A stretch of 64,000 nt of DNA from an uncultured Gemmatimonadales bacterium (GCA_963730185.1 CAVSQW010000011.1:22184-86183); one strand, 5' to 3'; positions 39,222 through 48,652 are shown, counted from the stretch's first letter. Notes: a model not told the origin generated them from the sequence alone. Numbers and translations: made by a program.

Positions 39222-39809
39222 ATGAGCCCTCAGTCCACCGCCCTGCCGCCTCTCGCGTCCCTCGACCCGCTCGCCGAGCGGCTCTATCAGGCCCGCACCA
39301 TCCTGATCAGCGGGGAGATCAACCAGGCCCTCGCCGCCGACGTCACGGCCCAGCTGCTGGCCATGAGCGCCGAGAGCGACGCCCCGATCACTCTCTACAT
39401 CAACTCGCAGGGCGGCCACGTCGAGGCCGGTGACACCATCCACGACATGATCCGGTTCATTCGGCCGGAAGTGCGCGCCGTCGGGACGGGATGGGTCGCG
39501 AGCGCGGGCGCCTTGATCTACGTGGCGACGCCCCGCGAGCGTCGCTACTGCCTCCCCAACACCCGCTTCCTGTTGCACCAGCCGGCCGGCGGGGCGGGCG
39601 GCGCGGCGGCCGACATCGACATCGAGGCCCGGGAGATCATCCGGATGCGGGAGCGGTTGAACCGGATCTTTGCCGCGGCCACCGGACAGTCGGTGGAGCG
39701 GATCCAGGAGGACACCCACCGCAACTTCTGGCTCGACGCCGAGGCCGCGAAGAGCTACGGACTCGTGGGCCAGATCATCCAGACGTCGGCCGAGCTCCCC
39801 GCCGGCTGA
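39222..39809 (+). CDS. clpP: ClpP-family protease subunit with a Ser-His-Asn triad variant
   Basis: An ungapped alignment from memory to B. subtilis ClpP runs from LYINS to YGL. Ser (VASAG) and His (LLHQP) are conserved, and Asp172 aligns to Asn (DTHRNFW versus DTDRDNF). Confidence 0.85.
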   Translation: MSPQSTALPPLASLDPLAERLYQARTILISGEINQALAADVTAQLLAMSAESDAPITLYINSQGGHVEAGDTIHDMIRFIRPEVRAVGTGWVASAGALIYVATPRERRYCLPNTRFLLHQPAGGAGGAAADIDIEAREIIRMRERLNRIFAAATGQSVERIQEDTHRNFWLDAEAAKSYGLVGQIIQTSAELPAG

Positions 39810-39853
39810 GCGCCATGGGCCCGGGCCCGGACCGGCGACGGGGGGCGCGGAGC

Positions 39854-41224
39854 ATGCACCGGCGGAGCTTCGTTCAGGCCGGGGTCCTGGCCGCTGGGGT
39901 GCCGGCACTCCGGCTCTTCCCCAGACTCGTTCCCCCGGCCCCACGCGCCCTCCCCAGCCCCGCCCAGCTCCGGTGGCAGCGCGACGAGCTGGCCCTCTTC
40001 TGCCACGTCGGCGTCAACACCTTCACCGATCGCGAGTGGGGGGACGGCACCGAAAGCCCCGCGCTCTTTGATCCGCCGGCCCTCGACACCCGGCAATGGG
40101 CCCGCGCCGCAAGCCGCGGCGGCTTCCGCGCCATGATCCTCACCGCCAAGCACCACGACGGCTTTTGCCTCTGGCCCACCAGCACCACCGGGCATTCGGT
40201 CGCGGCCAGCCCGTGGCGCGGCGGGCAGGGCGACCTGGTCCGTGAATTCGTGGACGCCTGCCGGGCCGAAGGCCTTCGCGCGGGACTCTACCTCTCGCCC
40301 TGGGACCGGAACCATCCGGCCTACGGCGACTCGCCCCGCTACAACGACGTCTACGCCGAGCAGCTGACCGAGCTTCTGACCCGGTACGGCCCGATCGCCG
40401 AGATGTGGTTCGACGGCGCCAACGGCGAGGGTCCGAACGGGAAGCGGCAGGAGTACGACTGGCCCCGCTTCTTCGGCCTGGTCCGCCGCCACCAGCCGGA
40501 GGCCGTGATCTTCTCCGACGCGGGGCCGGACGTGCGGTGGTGCGGGAACGAGCGGGGCGAGGCCGGTGACCCAAATTGGTCGCCGGTCGATCCGGCCGCC
40601 GTTCCAGCTCCCGGCGCCACCGGGGACGGCGTCGACGCCGCGCTCCAGCACGGCGACCCATCGGGGTCGGTCTGGCGCCCCGCCGAGTGCGATGTGTCGA
40701 TCCGCCCGGGCTGGTTCCACCATCCGGCGGAGGACGACCAGGTCCGGCCGGTGGACGACCTGGTCCGGCTCTACCTCACCTCGGTCGGCCGGAACGCCAA
40801 GCTCCTCCTCAACGTGCCGCCGACCCGTCGGGGCCTCCTGGCCGACCCGGACGTCGCTCGCCTGGCGGCGTTTCACGACCGGCTGGCCGACCGCTTCGCG
40901 ACCGACCTCGCGGGCGCAGGCCAGCTCCGCTGGCACCGGACCAGCGCCCGGACCGGGATCGCGGAGCTAACCCTGCCGAAGGCGGTGGCGGTCGATACCC
41001 TGCGGCTGGAAGAGCGAATCGAGCGGGGGCAGGCGGTCGCCCGATTCGTCGTGCAGGTGTCGACTGGGAGCGGCTGGACCACCCTGACCGGCGGCACGAC
41101 CATCGGATCCGCCCGATTGCTCGAGGTGCCCGCCACCCCGATCCGGCGGCTCCGGCTGGCCGTGATCGACGCCGCCTGGCCGCCGCTCGAGCCCCGGATC
41201 CGCCTCTACGGTCCCGCCGCGTAG
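39854..41224 (+). CDS. Alpha-L-fucosidase (GH29) with a C-terminal F5/8-type-C-like domain
   Basis: The ATG at 39854 gives a Tat-like signal, MHRRSFVQAGVLAAG. The catalytic region reads AKHHDGFCLWPT...YLSPWD...MWFDGANGEG. Confidence 0.85.
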   Translation: MHRRSFVQAGVLAAGVPALRLFPRLVPPAPRALPSPAQLRWQRDELALFCHVGVNTFTDREWGDGTESPALFDPPALDTRQWARAASRGGFRAMILTAKHHDGFCLWPTSTTGHSVAASPWRGGQGDLVREFVDACRAEGLRAGLYLSPWDRNHPAYGDSPRYNDVYAEQLTELLTRYGPIAEMWFDGANGEGPNGKRQEYDWPRFFGLVRRHQPEAVIFSDAGPDVRWCGNERGEAGDPNWSPVDPAAVPAPGATGDGVDAALQHGDPSGSVWRPAECDVSIRPGWFHHPAEDDQVRPVDDLVRLYLTSVGRNAKLLLNVPPTRRGLLADPDVARLAAFHDRLADRFATDLAGAGQLRWHRTSARTGIAELTLPKAVAVDTLRLEERIERGQAVARFVVQVSTGSGWTTLTGGTTIGSARLLEVPATPIRRLRLAVIDAAWPPLEPRIRLYGPAA

Positions 41225-41304
41225 TTGGTCCTGCTTGACCCAGCCCCGGCCCTCCCGCCATCCTCAACCATGATCATTCGTCCCGCCGAGGGCCCGGCCC
41301 GCCG

Positions 41305-41958
41305 ATGAGCGCCGTCTTCCTGATCGACGCCGTGCTGTTCGACATGGACGGGGTGTTGGTGGACTCACGGGCGGTGATCGAGCGCACCTGGCGCCGCTGG
41401 GCCGAGCGCCATGACCTCGACGCCGACCGGCTCTTCCGAGCCGTCCACGGCCGGCGGACCAGCGAGGCGCTGGCCGACATCGCGCCGGCGATGGACATCA
41501 AGGCCGAAACGGCCTGGCTCGACGCCGCCGAAGTCGACGATCTGGAAGGGATCACGGCGATTCCCGGTGCGCTCGACCTGGTCCGGGCGCTACCCGAGGA
41601 CCGGTGGGGCGTGGTGACCTCGGCCGGGCTGGAGCTGGCCCGCCGACGGCTTCGGGCGGCCGGCCTCCCGACCGAGCCCGCGGTACTGATCACCAGTGCC
41701 GACGTCGAGCGCGGCAAGCCGGCGCCCGACGGCTACCTCCAGGCCGCCGGCGATCTCGGGGTTCGACCCGGCGACTGCCTCGTGTTCGAGGACGCCCGGC
41801 CGGGGATTGCCGCCGCCAAGGCGGCCGGCGCGCAGGTCGTCGCGATCACCACCACGGCCCCCAGCGCCGAGCTCCGGGCCGCGGATGTGGTGATCGACGA
41901 CCTCCGGCGGGTGAGGGTCGACCGCGAGGCCGACCAAATCGTGATCCGGATCAGGTAG
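41305..41958 (+). CDS. HAD-superfamily hydrolase (beta-phosphoglucomutase-like)
   Basis: DAVLFDMDGVLVDS (DxDG), VTSA, and KPAPDGY...FEDARPGIAAAKAAG. Confidence 0.85.
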   Translation: MSAVFLIDAVLFDMDGVLVDSRAVIERTWRRWAERHDLDADRLFRAVHGRRTSEALADIAPAMDIKAETAWLDAAEVDDLEGITAIPGALDLVRALPEDRWGVVTSAGLELARRRLRAAGLPTEPAVLITSADVERGKPAPDGYLQAAGDLGVRPGDCLVFEDARPGIAAAKAAGAQVVAITTTAPSAELRAADVVIDDLRRVRVDREADQIVIRIR

Positions 41959-42118
41959 CCGAGGCCTACTCCACCACCGATCACCACCGCGACGACCCGA
42001 CCGGGCTGATCCGCCTCTCCCGGCACGGGCGGGCCGAGTTGGCCGAGCTGCTGGAAGGTGCCTGGCGGCGGATCGCCTCGAAGCGACTCGTGGCTCGGCC
42101 AGATCGCCCCGACCCGGC

Positions 42119-42922
42119 CTAACGACCGGCCGGCACCGGCGGACGGCGCCCCGGACGGGCGGCGAATCTCTCCGGCTGCCGGCGGAGGCTGGGCGGCAAG
42201 GCGACCAGCGTCGGCTCGACCCGCTCGACCGGCGCCACCAGCCCGGCGTGCCGGAGCGCAGCCTCCATCACCCACTCCCAGCCGAGCCGCGCCCGGAACC
42301 GGCGGACGCTCACCCCCAGATACCGACGGGTCCACGATCGGAAGGTGCGGACGCCCACCCCGGCCCGCCAGGCGAGGACGTCGACCGATGCGTCGTCGAT
42401 CGTCGCCGCCACCCGGGCCAGAGTCCCCACCGCCCGCCAGCAGTGCGCCGTGAGCGGTCCGAAACGACGGAGCCGATCCCGGATGGTCCGCCCGGGGATC
42501 GCCTCGCTGATCGGCACGTCGACCGGGCGGGCCATCAGCAACGCAAGCTCCGCGCGGATCTCGGCTCGCCCCGTTCGGCGAACCACGTAATCGGCCAGGT
42601 AGCCGCTCCCGGGGACCACCCGGGACCGGACCGCCGTCGTGACCCGATCGGTAAGCTGCCGGACCGCAATCGGGCCCGGGGTAAAGCACAGCTGCCCGGG
42701 AAGCGAATGAATGGCGCTCAGAACGGCCGGGTCCGCGGTGCCGGCCGTGGCGACCAAGCAGAGCGTGCACCAGGGAGCCCGCCTGAGGAGCTGCGCCGAC
42801 TCCCCCCCGATCGCCTCGACCGACTCGGCCTCGACCACCGCGATCGTTCCCAAGGGCGGAAGATCGTGGATGAGGCCATCGACCACGTGGTAGGGCGGGG
42901 TCAGCAATCGGATCCGAGGCAT
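42119..42922 (-). CDS. Hypothetical regulator with a C-terminal AraC-like helix-turn-helix
   Basis: The C-terminal VDVLAWRAGVGVRTFRSWTRRYLGVSVRRFRARLGWEWVMEAAL resembles the second HTH of AraC-type regulators. It is divergent from the lasso cluster. Confidence 0.5.
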   Translation of the reverse strand: MPRIRLLTPPYHVVDGLIHDLPPLGTIAVVEAESVEAIGGESAQLLRRAPWCTLCLVATAGTADPAVLSAIHSLPGQLCFTPGPIAVRQLTDRVTTAVRSRVVPGSGYLADYVVRRTGRAEIRAELALLMARPVDVPISEAIPGRTIRDRLRRFGPLTAHCWRAVGTLARVAATIDDASVDVLAWRAGVGVRTFRSWTRRYLGVSVRRFRARLGWEWVMEAALRHAGLVAPVERVEPTLVALPPSLRRQPERFAARPGRRPPVPAGR

Positions 42923-43231
42923 CGATTTGAGCGGGGTCCCGTGGATCGCAAGGCTCAGGCGTTTGGCGAGGATTGGCGTCGGATCCTGCGTCCCAGCCAG
43001 CGAGCGGAGAGGGTACGACTCGAGGGCCCTGCCGTCAAGGCGTAAGTCACGACAGCATCACACGATAGGGCCATTCGGCCCTGGTCGAAAAACGACCGGC
43101 GACAAAGGGAAGGAAACGGCAGGAACTCGCCCGAACGTGTCCTTTCGGCCGGGTCGTGCGTTTCGCAGGTTCAACCCACTCGAAGGGCGTCGGATCTTCG
43201 ACCCAGTGGGGACTGAGGGGGGACAGCCGCG

Positions 43232-43543
43232 ATGCGATTTCCTTGGAGCAACACCCGAACCACGACGGTCCCGGACGCCCGCACCCGCTGGCAGCCCACC
43301 ACCGACGTGACCAGCGCGGTCCACGGCGATCGGACCGTGCTGATGGATCTCCGGTCGGAACAGTTCTTCACCCTCGACGACGTCGGCGCGCGGATTTGGG
43401 AGAGCCTCGGTCGCACGGCGACGGTGGACGAGATCACCGCGTCCCTGGTCCAGATCTACGACGCCCCGGCCGCGGAGGTCCGCCGCGACGTCGAAGCCTT
43501 CGTCGCGGACCTGAGCCGCGACGGCCTGATCTGCGAGGCCTGA
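43232..43543 (+). CDS. Lasso peptide biosynthesis PqqD-family chaperone (B1 / RiPP recognition element)
   Basis: GDRTVLMDLRSEQFFTLDDVGARIWESLGRTATVDEITASLVQIYDAPAAEVRRDVEAFVADLSRDGLI, a PqqD-like winged-helix pattern. Confidence 0.85.
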   Translation: MRFPWSNTRTTTVPDARTRWQPTTDVTSAVHGDRTVLMDLRSEQFFTLDDVGARIWESLGRTATVDEITASLVQIYDAPAAEVRRDVEAFVADLSRDGLICEA

Positions 43544-43544
43544 G

Positions 43545-43934
43545 GTGAGTTCACGCGGTCCCGGTCCGGTGGTCGCCGTCGCGACCCTCGCCCTGACTCG
43601 GTCGAGCCTCCGCTTCCTCGGGTTCCGGCGGACCCTCCGTCTGGTGCGTTGGGCCGCCGGCCCGGCGACGAGGCCCCGGCGCGGCACGGTCGAGCGCGGC
43701 GCCCGCTCGGTCGCGGTGGCGGCGGCGTTCTTTCCCGGCCGAGCCGTCTGCCTGGAACAGTCCCTGGCGCTGTATCTCCTCCTCCGCCGCCGCGGGCATC
43801 CAGCCGTGCTCAAGATCGGGGTCCAGCCGTATCCCTTCGAGGCCCATGCCTGGGTGGAGATCGACGGCCGCCCCGTATTCGAGAACGAGGATGCGCTGAG
43901 CAAGTACGTGCCCTTCCCGGGAGCGTTCGCGTGA
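43545..43934 (+). CDS. Lasso peptide leader peptidase (B2, transglutaminase-like cysteine protease)
   Basis: CLEQSLALYLLLRRRGHPAVLKIGV...EAHAWVEIDGRPV supplies the Cys/His/Asp triad context. The GTG start lies 1 nt after the B1 stop. Confidence 0.85.
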   Translation: MSSRGPGPVVAVATLALTRSSLRFLGFRRTLRLVRWAAGPATRPRRGTVERGARSVAVAAAFFPGRAVCLEQSLALYLLLRRRGHPAVLKIGVQPYPFEAHAWVEIDGRPVFENEDALSKYVPFPGAFA

Positions 43935-45817
43935 ACCCGTTCGTCTGCGCCATCGACCTCCGGGGCGCCCCGATCGGCCTCTCGGCTCTGGATCCGGCGC
44001 TCCCCGGCCTGACCCGGGGCGACGGACGCCCCGAGCTCGTCCTGAACGGCTGCTGGGGAGGCGCCTGGGCGCCGTCGCCCCTTGGCCGTCCGCTGGCCAC
44101 CCGACGGCAGGGCACCATCGCGATCGGTACCGCCCGGCTCTCCAATCGCGAGGCGCTGGCCGGTCTGCCGGCCGACCGGCTGGCCCCGCTCACCGACCTC
44201 GACCTGGTCGTCGAACGGTATCTCCGCCGTGGTCCCGAGGCCGTCGCGGATCTGGTCGGCGACTTCGCGTTCGTCCTCTGGGACGAGCAACAGGCCCTGC
44301 TCCTCGCGGCCCGCGACGCCCTCGGCGTCAAGCCGCTCTACTGGCAGCAGCGGGGCAGCACGCTGCTGGTGGCCTCCCACGTCGAGTGCCTGGATCAGGG
44401 CAGCTACGACCGGAGCTACATAACCCGGTTCGCCATGGCCCAGGTCGGGCCCGCCGACGCGACGGTGTACACCAACGTCAAGCGGGTCGCCCCCGGCTCC
44501 TACCTCCTGGCACGGGGTCCCAAGGTGTCGACCGAGCAGTACTGGTCGCCCTGGACCTTCCGGGCGGGATCGGCCGGCGACGATGTCGAGGCCACGGTGG
44601 CCGAGTTCCGGGGCCGGTTCGACGAGGCAGTTCAGGCCCAGCTCGACGATCGACGCGACACCTGGGTGCTCCTCTCGGGCGGGCTCGATTCGTCAGCGGT
44701 GGTGGGCGCCGCGAGCCGGCTGGCCGAGCGGGACTTGGTTCGGCCGCTGGCGGGCACGGTGACCGTGGTCGACTCGCTCGCCGACGGTGACGAGACCCGT
44801 TACTCCGACGCGGTGGCCCGGCGGTGGGACCTCCGGAACGAGCGGATCCACGACTTCTGGGCCTGGCAGCCCGACCCGGACGCCACCGTGGCACTGGCCG
44901 AGCCGCGCCACTTCCTCCCGTTCTTCGCCCGGGACCGCGCCCTTTGCGGTGCGGTGCGGAGCCAGGGCGGCCGCGTGCTCCTCAGCGGCTACGGCTCAGA
45001 CCAGTATCTGAGTGGCAGCTTCGACTATCTCGCCGACCTGGTCCGGACCCGGCGGACCCGGGAAGCCATGGCCGAACTGACCCGGCTGGCCGTTGCGACT
45101 CGACGCTCATTCTGGGGGCTGGGAATGACCCACGCGATCGCGCCGATTGCCCCGGGGTGGCTGGCCCGGCGGATCCAGGGCCCGGCCCAGCGGCCCGCCT
45201 GGGTGCTGGGCGACGTGCCTCCGGTGGTGTCCCCCGAGGACCTCCGCCGGCTCCGCGAGGAGCACGGGGTCTACGGGAGCCAGGTAGCGGCCGAGGTGGC
45301 CTGCACCGACCTGCTGCTCGAGCGAGGCGTATTCGAGCAGGGGCTCGAGATGCGCTACCCGTTCCTGCACCGGCCGCTGGTGGAGCTGGCACTCCAGCTC
45401 CCCGTGAACCTCCGGATGCGCCCCGGCGCCAAGAAGTGGATTCTGCGGGAATCGTTGCGAGATGTCCTACCCGAGGCGATCCGCACCCGGCCGGGCAAAG
45501 GCGGGATCGACGGCCGAGTCCTCTGGTCGCTCCACCACGAGCGCCGGCTGCTCCGCCGGCTGATCCTCGACTCCCATCTCGCCGACCTGGGCTGCGTCGA
45601 CCGACAGGCGCTGGCCGAAGCCTTCGATCGGGCCGCCGCGGGACAGACGGGTGACGTCACCCGGCTCTTCTTCACCCTTTCTCTCGAAACCTGGCTGGCC
45701 GTCCGTTCCGGGTGGTGGGCGGCCAACGCTTCACGATTGCAGTCCCGGAGTACTCCGTCCTTCTCGTCGCAGTCAACTCAAAAGGAGCAGCACTATGTCG
45801 AAGCTTCAGTACACTAA
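43931..45817 (+). CDS. Lasso peptide cyclase (C, asparagine synthetase B-like)
   Basis: The GTG at 43931 overlaps the B2 stop (GTGA). GDFAFVLWDEQQALLLAARDALGVKPLYW, the PP-loop LLSGGLDSSAVV, and RMRPGAKKWILRE. Confidence 0.9.
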   Translation: MNPFVCAIDLRGAPIGLSALDPALPGLTRGDGRPELVLNGCWGGAWAPSPLGRPLATRRQGTIAIGTARLSNREALAGLPADRLAPLTDLDLVVERYLRRGPEAVADLVGDFAFVLWDEQQALLLAARDALGVKPLYWQQRGSTLLVASHVECLDQGSYDRSYITRFAMAQVGPADATVYTNVKRVAPGSYLLARGPKVSTEQYWSPWTFRAGSAGDDVEATVAEFRGRFDEAVQAQLDDRRDTWVLLSGGLDSSAVVGAASRLAERDLVRPLAGTVTVVDSLADGDETRYSDAVARRWDLRNERIHDFWAWQPDPDATVALAEPRHFLPFFARDRALCGAVRSQGGRVLLSGYGSDQYLSGSFDYLADLVRTRRTREAMAELTRLAVATRRSFWGLGMTHAIAPIAPGWLARRIQGPAQRPAWVLGDVPPVVSPEDLRRLREEHGVYGSQVAAEVACTDLLLERGVFEQGLEMRYPFLHRPLVELALQLPVNLRMRPGAKKWILRESLRDVLPEAIRTRPGKGGIDGRVLWSLHHERRLLRRLILDSHLADLGCVDRQALAEAFDRAAAGQTGDVTRLFFTLSLETWLAVRSGWWAANASRLQSRSTPSFSSQSTQKEQHYVEASVH

Positions 45818-45908
45818 GCCGAGCGTCACCAAGGTCGGCCCCGTGGTCGTCAAGACCGAGGGCTACTGGACCGGGTTCAACATGGAGCTCATGAGCCTCC
45901 GTCCGTAA
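45795..45908 (+). CDS. Lasso peptide precursor (A), 37 aa: MSKLQYTKPSVTKVGPVVVKTE / GYWTGFNMELMSLRP
   Basis: AAGGAG (45782-45787) lies 7 nt before the ATG. The leader fits YxxPxLxxxGxxxxxTx exactly in spacing (Y6, P9, V11, G15, T21). The core starts with Gly and has its only acidic residue at position 9. It sits inside the longer track ORF 45651..45908. Confidence 0.8.
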   Translation: MSKLQYTKPSVTKVGPVVVKTEGYWTGFNMELMSLRP

Positions 45909-45948
45909 GCTGACCAAGGTTCGGGGGCGCACCAGCGCCCGCGGCCAC

Positions 45949-45985
45949 GACCCCCGTCCGCCTCCCAAAATGGCGGCCGGGGGTC
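45949..45985 (+). terminator. GC-rich hairpin after the precursor gene
   Basis: GACCCCCGTCCGCC (45949-45962), a 9-nt loop, then GGCGGCCGGGGGTC (45972-45985). Thirteen of 14 positions pair. Followed by cgtcgTTTG. Confidence 0.5.
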
Positions 45986-46051
45986 CGTCGTTTGCATACC
46001 CGGTTGGCTCAGGAGATACCCTGAACCGATCGATTGTCCTAAATTCGAACA

Positions 46052-48652
46052 GTGGAATCCACCTCCCCACCCGACGCGGGGCCCGGGCCCCCTCCCGCCC
46101 TGGCTATTCCTGAGGCGCCAACCGGCCGTTCCTGGCTGACCTACTGGTGGCGCCACGACGGCTGGGTCGCGGCGCTGGCCGTCGTGGTCGTGGCGATCGT
46201 CGAGTTGGTCCCGCGTCCTCTTGGTCGGCCGGGGCAGCGTCCCGGCCTGTTGGTGTACCTCGCGCCCGTCCTGACCGCGTTCGCCATCCTGATTTGCTGG
46301 TTGCGGGCCGCCCGCGCCGCCAAGGGCGATCGGGCCATCCGGCTGGTGACCCGCACCGGCGTGGTGACCACGGCGGCCGCCGCGGTCGGGGTGCTGCTGC
46401 TTCAGTCGCAGAACGTCGCGCTCGGCCTCGGTCGGCAGCCGGTCGGTGTGCTGATCCTGATCAGTTCGATCCTGATCCTCCTCGAAGGTCCGCTCTGGGT
46501 CGTCGCCATCCTAGTGTGGCCTCCCCGCGAGCGGCAGCGTGAAACCGGCTGGTACGTCGCGTTGGACGTGGCGATCATGATCCTCGCGACCAGTGCCGTA
46601 TTCTGGTATGCCCAGGTCCGGATTACCCCAGACCCGACCAACGCACCGCCCAACATCCATGCCGTCGTCGTGATCTGGGCGATCATGCTGCTGGGCCTCA
46701 GCGTGGCCGTCCTCCGAGGCTCGATTGCCCGATACGAACTGGCATTCCGCCTCTTGGTCGGCGCGCTGGTGGCCACCTTTTTCGTCAACTTCGCCCTGAC
46801 CGTCTTCAACGCTGCCACGGCACTGGAACTCGTCAATACGCCCGTCCTGGTAGCCGGCGTCGCCCTCCGCATCGCCGGCGCCGAGGCCATCCGGCTCCGC
46901 CTTCCACTCCCGGGCGCCCCCGGCGAGGGCACCCACCGGAGCCCGCTCCCGTGGGTCGCCGTGCTGGCCATCGGCGTGCTCGCCTTCCGCCTGGCCATGA
47001 CGGAGCACGACAGCGGCCTCGGCCCGGTGGTGCTGATCACCCTCTGCATCACCGTCCTGCTCCTCCTTCGCCAGTCGGTGGTGATGCGCCAGAACGCCCG
47101 GCTCCTGGCCGAGCGGGCCCAGCACGAGGCCGACGCCCGGATCGCGGCCCTGGTCCGGCACACGTCCGACGTGATCCTGATCGCCGATCAGTCGCTCCGG
47201 GTCCGCTTCGCGTCACCGTCGGCGGAGGGACTCTGGGCCGGTGATCCGGCCCGGATCCTCGGGCTCGAGGTCGGCGAGCTGGTGGATCCCCTGCAGCGGG
47301 TCGAGGTCGAGCGAGCGCTCGCCGAGCGGCTGACCCGGCCCGGGCAGAGTGCCACCACCCGCTGGCGGATGCTCGGCGTCGAAGGCGACTGGCGGAAGAT
47401 CGAAGCCGTCATCACCAACCTGTTGCATGAGCCGTCGGTCGGCGGGGTGGTGTTGACGCTCCGCGACCAGACCGAGCGCGCCGACCTCGAGGAACAGCTT
47501 CAGCAGGCCCAGAAGATGGAGGCGATCGGCCAGCTGGCCGGCGGGATCGCCCATGACTTCAACAACCTGCTCACGACCGTGTTGGGGCACAGCGAGCTCG
47601 GGCTCGACTCCCTCGAAGCCGGTCATCCGGTCCGGGCTGATTTCGAGCAGATCAAGCGGGCGGCCGAGCTGGCCGCGGCGCTCACCAAGCAGCTGCTCGC
47701 CTTCAGCCGGAAGCAGCTGATCGAGCCCACCGCCATCGACGTGGCCGAGTCCATCCCCAAGATCGCCGGGTTGCTCAAGCGGCTGATCGAGGAGCGGATC
47801 CGGACGGTCATCGAGGTCGCGCCCGACGTGGGGATGGTCCAGATGGACCCGTCCCAGCTCGAGCAGGTCATCATCAACCTGGCCATCAACGCCCGCGACG
47901 CGATGCCGCACGGCGGCTCGCTCACCATCCGAGCCCGCCGCGAACAGGTGACGAGCGAGCTCACCGGCGTCGTGCCGGTCGCGCCGGGCGACTATCTGGT
48001 CATCGACGTCGCCGATACCGGCGTCGGGATCGACGCCGCCACCCAGGCCCGGATCTTCGAGCCCTTCTTCACGACCAAGCCCCCCGGCCGGGGCACCGGC
48101 CTCGGGTTGGCGAGCGTCTATGGCGTGGTGAACCAGAACAAGGGCGGCCTCCGGCTGAAGAGCGCACTCGGCCAGGGCAGCACCTTCTCGGTGTACCTCC
48201 CGGCCCTCAAGGAAGGCGCCGATCTCCCGGCCGTCCCGACCGAGCCGCGACGCCCCGGCATGGCCGATGCGCTGGTGCTCCTGGTCGAGGACGAACCCTG
48301 GCTCCGCGACATCGCCTACAAGGTCCTGACCCGCGAAGGGTACCGGGTCATGGTGGCGGGCGACGCCGCAGAGGCCCTGGTCCAGGCCGCCCGCTCCACT
48401 GAGGCCATCGACCTCCTGCTCACCGACGTGATCATGCCCGGGATGAGCGGCCCCAGCCTGGCCGCCCGGCTCCGAAGCGACCAGCCCAGCCTCCGAGTGC
48501 TCTTCATGTCGGGCTACGTCGCCGCCGACCTCGGGGGCGAGCTGGGGCCCGCCGACCAGCTGCTCCGGAAGCCGTTTACACCTTACGTGATGCTCGAGGC
48601 CGTCCGGGCCACCCTCGACGCACCGACTCTGCCGGCCCCGCCCACGCCTTGA
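46052..48652 (+). CDS. Hybrid sensor histidine kinase / response regulator with a large polytopic N-terminal membrane domain
   Basis: About 8-10 TM helices in the first ~330 aa, then a PAS-like region. H-box [10 protein letters not shown], HATPase GTGLGLASV, and a C-terminal [16 protein letters not shown]...[12 protein letters not shown] start. Confidence 0.9.
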   Translation: MESTSPPDAGPGPPPALAIPEAPTGRSWLTYWWRHDGWVAALAVVVVAIVELVPRPLGRPGQRPGLLVYLAPVLTAFAILICWLRAARAAKGDRAIRLVTRTGVVTTAAAAVGVLLLQSQNVALGLGRQPVGVLILISSILILLEGPLWVVAILVWPPRERQRETGWYVALDVAIMILATSAVFWYAQVRITPDPTNAPPNIHAVVVIWAIMLLGLSVAVLRGSIARYELAFRLLVGALVATFFVNFALTVFNAATALELVNTPVLVAGVALRIAGAEAIRLRLPLPGAPGEGTHRSPLPWVAVLAIGVLAFRLAMTEHDSGLGPVVLITLCITVLLLLRQSVVMRQNARLLAERAQHEADARIAALVRHTSDVILIADQSLRVRFASPSAEGLWAGDPARILGLEVGELVDPLQRVEVERALAERLTRPGQSATTRWRMLGVEGDWRKIEAVITNLLHEPSVGGVVLTLRDQTERADLEEQLQQAQKMEAIGQLAGGIAHDFNNLLTTVLGHSELGLDSLEAGHPVRADFEQIKRAAELAAALTKQLLAFSRKQLIEPTAIDVAESIPKIAGLLKRLIEERIRTVIEVAPDVGMVQMDPSQLEQVIINLAINARDAMPHGGSLTIRARREQVTSELTGVVPVAPGDYLVIDVADTGVGIDAATQARIFEPFFTTKPPGRGTGLGLASVYGVVNQNKGGLRLKSALGQGSTFSVYLPALKEGADLPAVPTEPRRPGMADALVLLVEDEPWLRDIAYKVLTREGYRVMVAGDAAEALVQAARSTEAIDLLLTDVIMPGMSGPSLAARLRSDQPSLRVLFMSGYVAADLGGELGPADQLLRKPFTPYVMLEAVRATLDAPTLPAPPTP

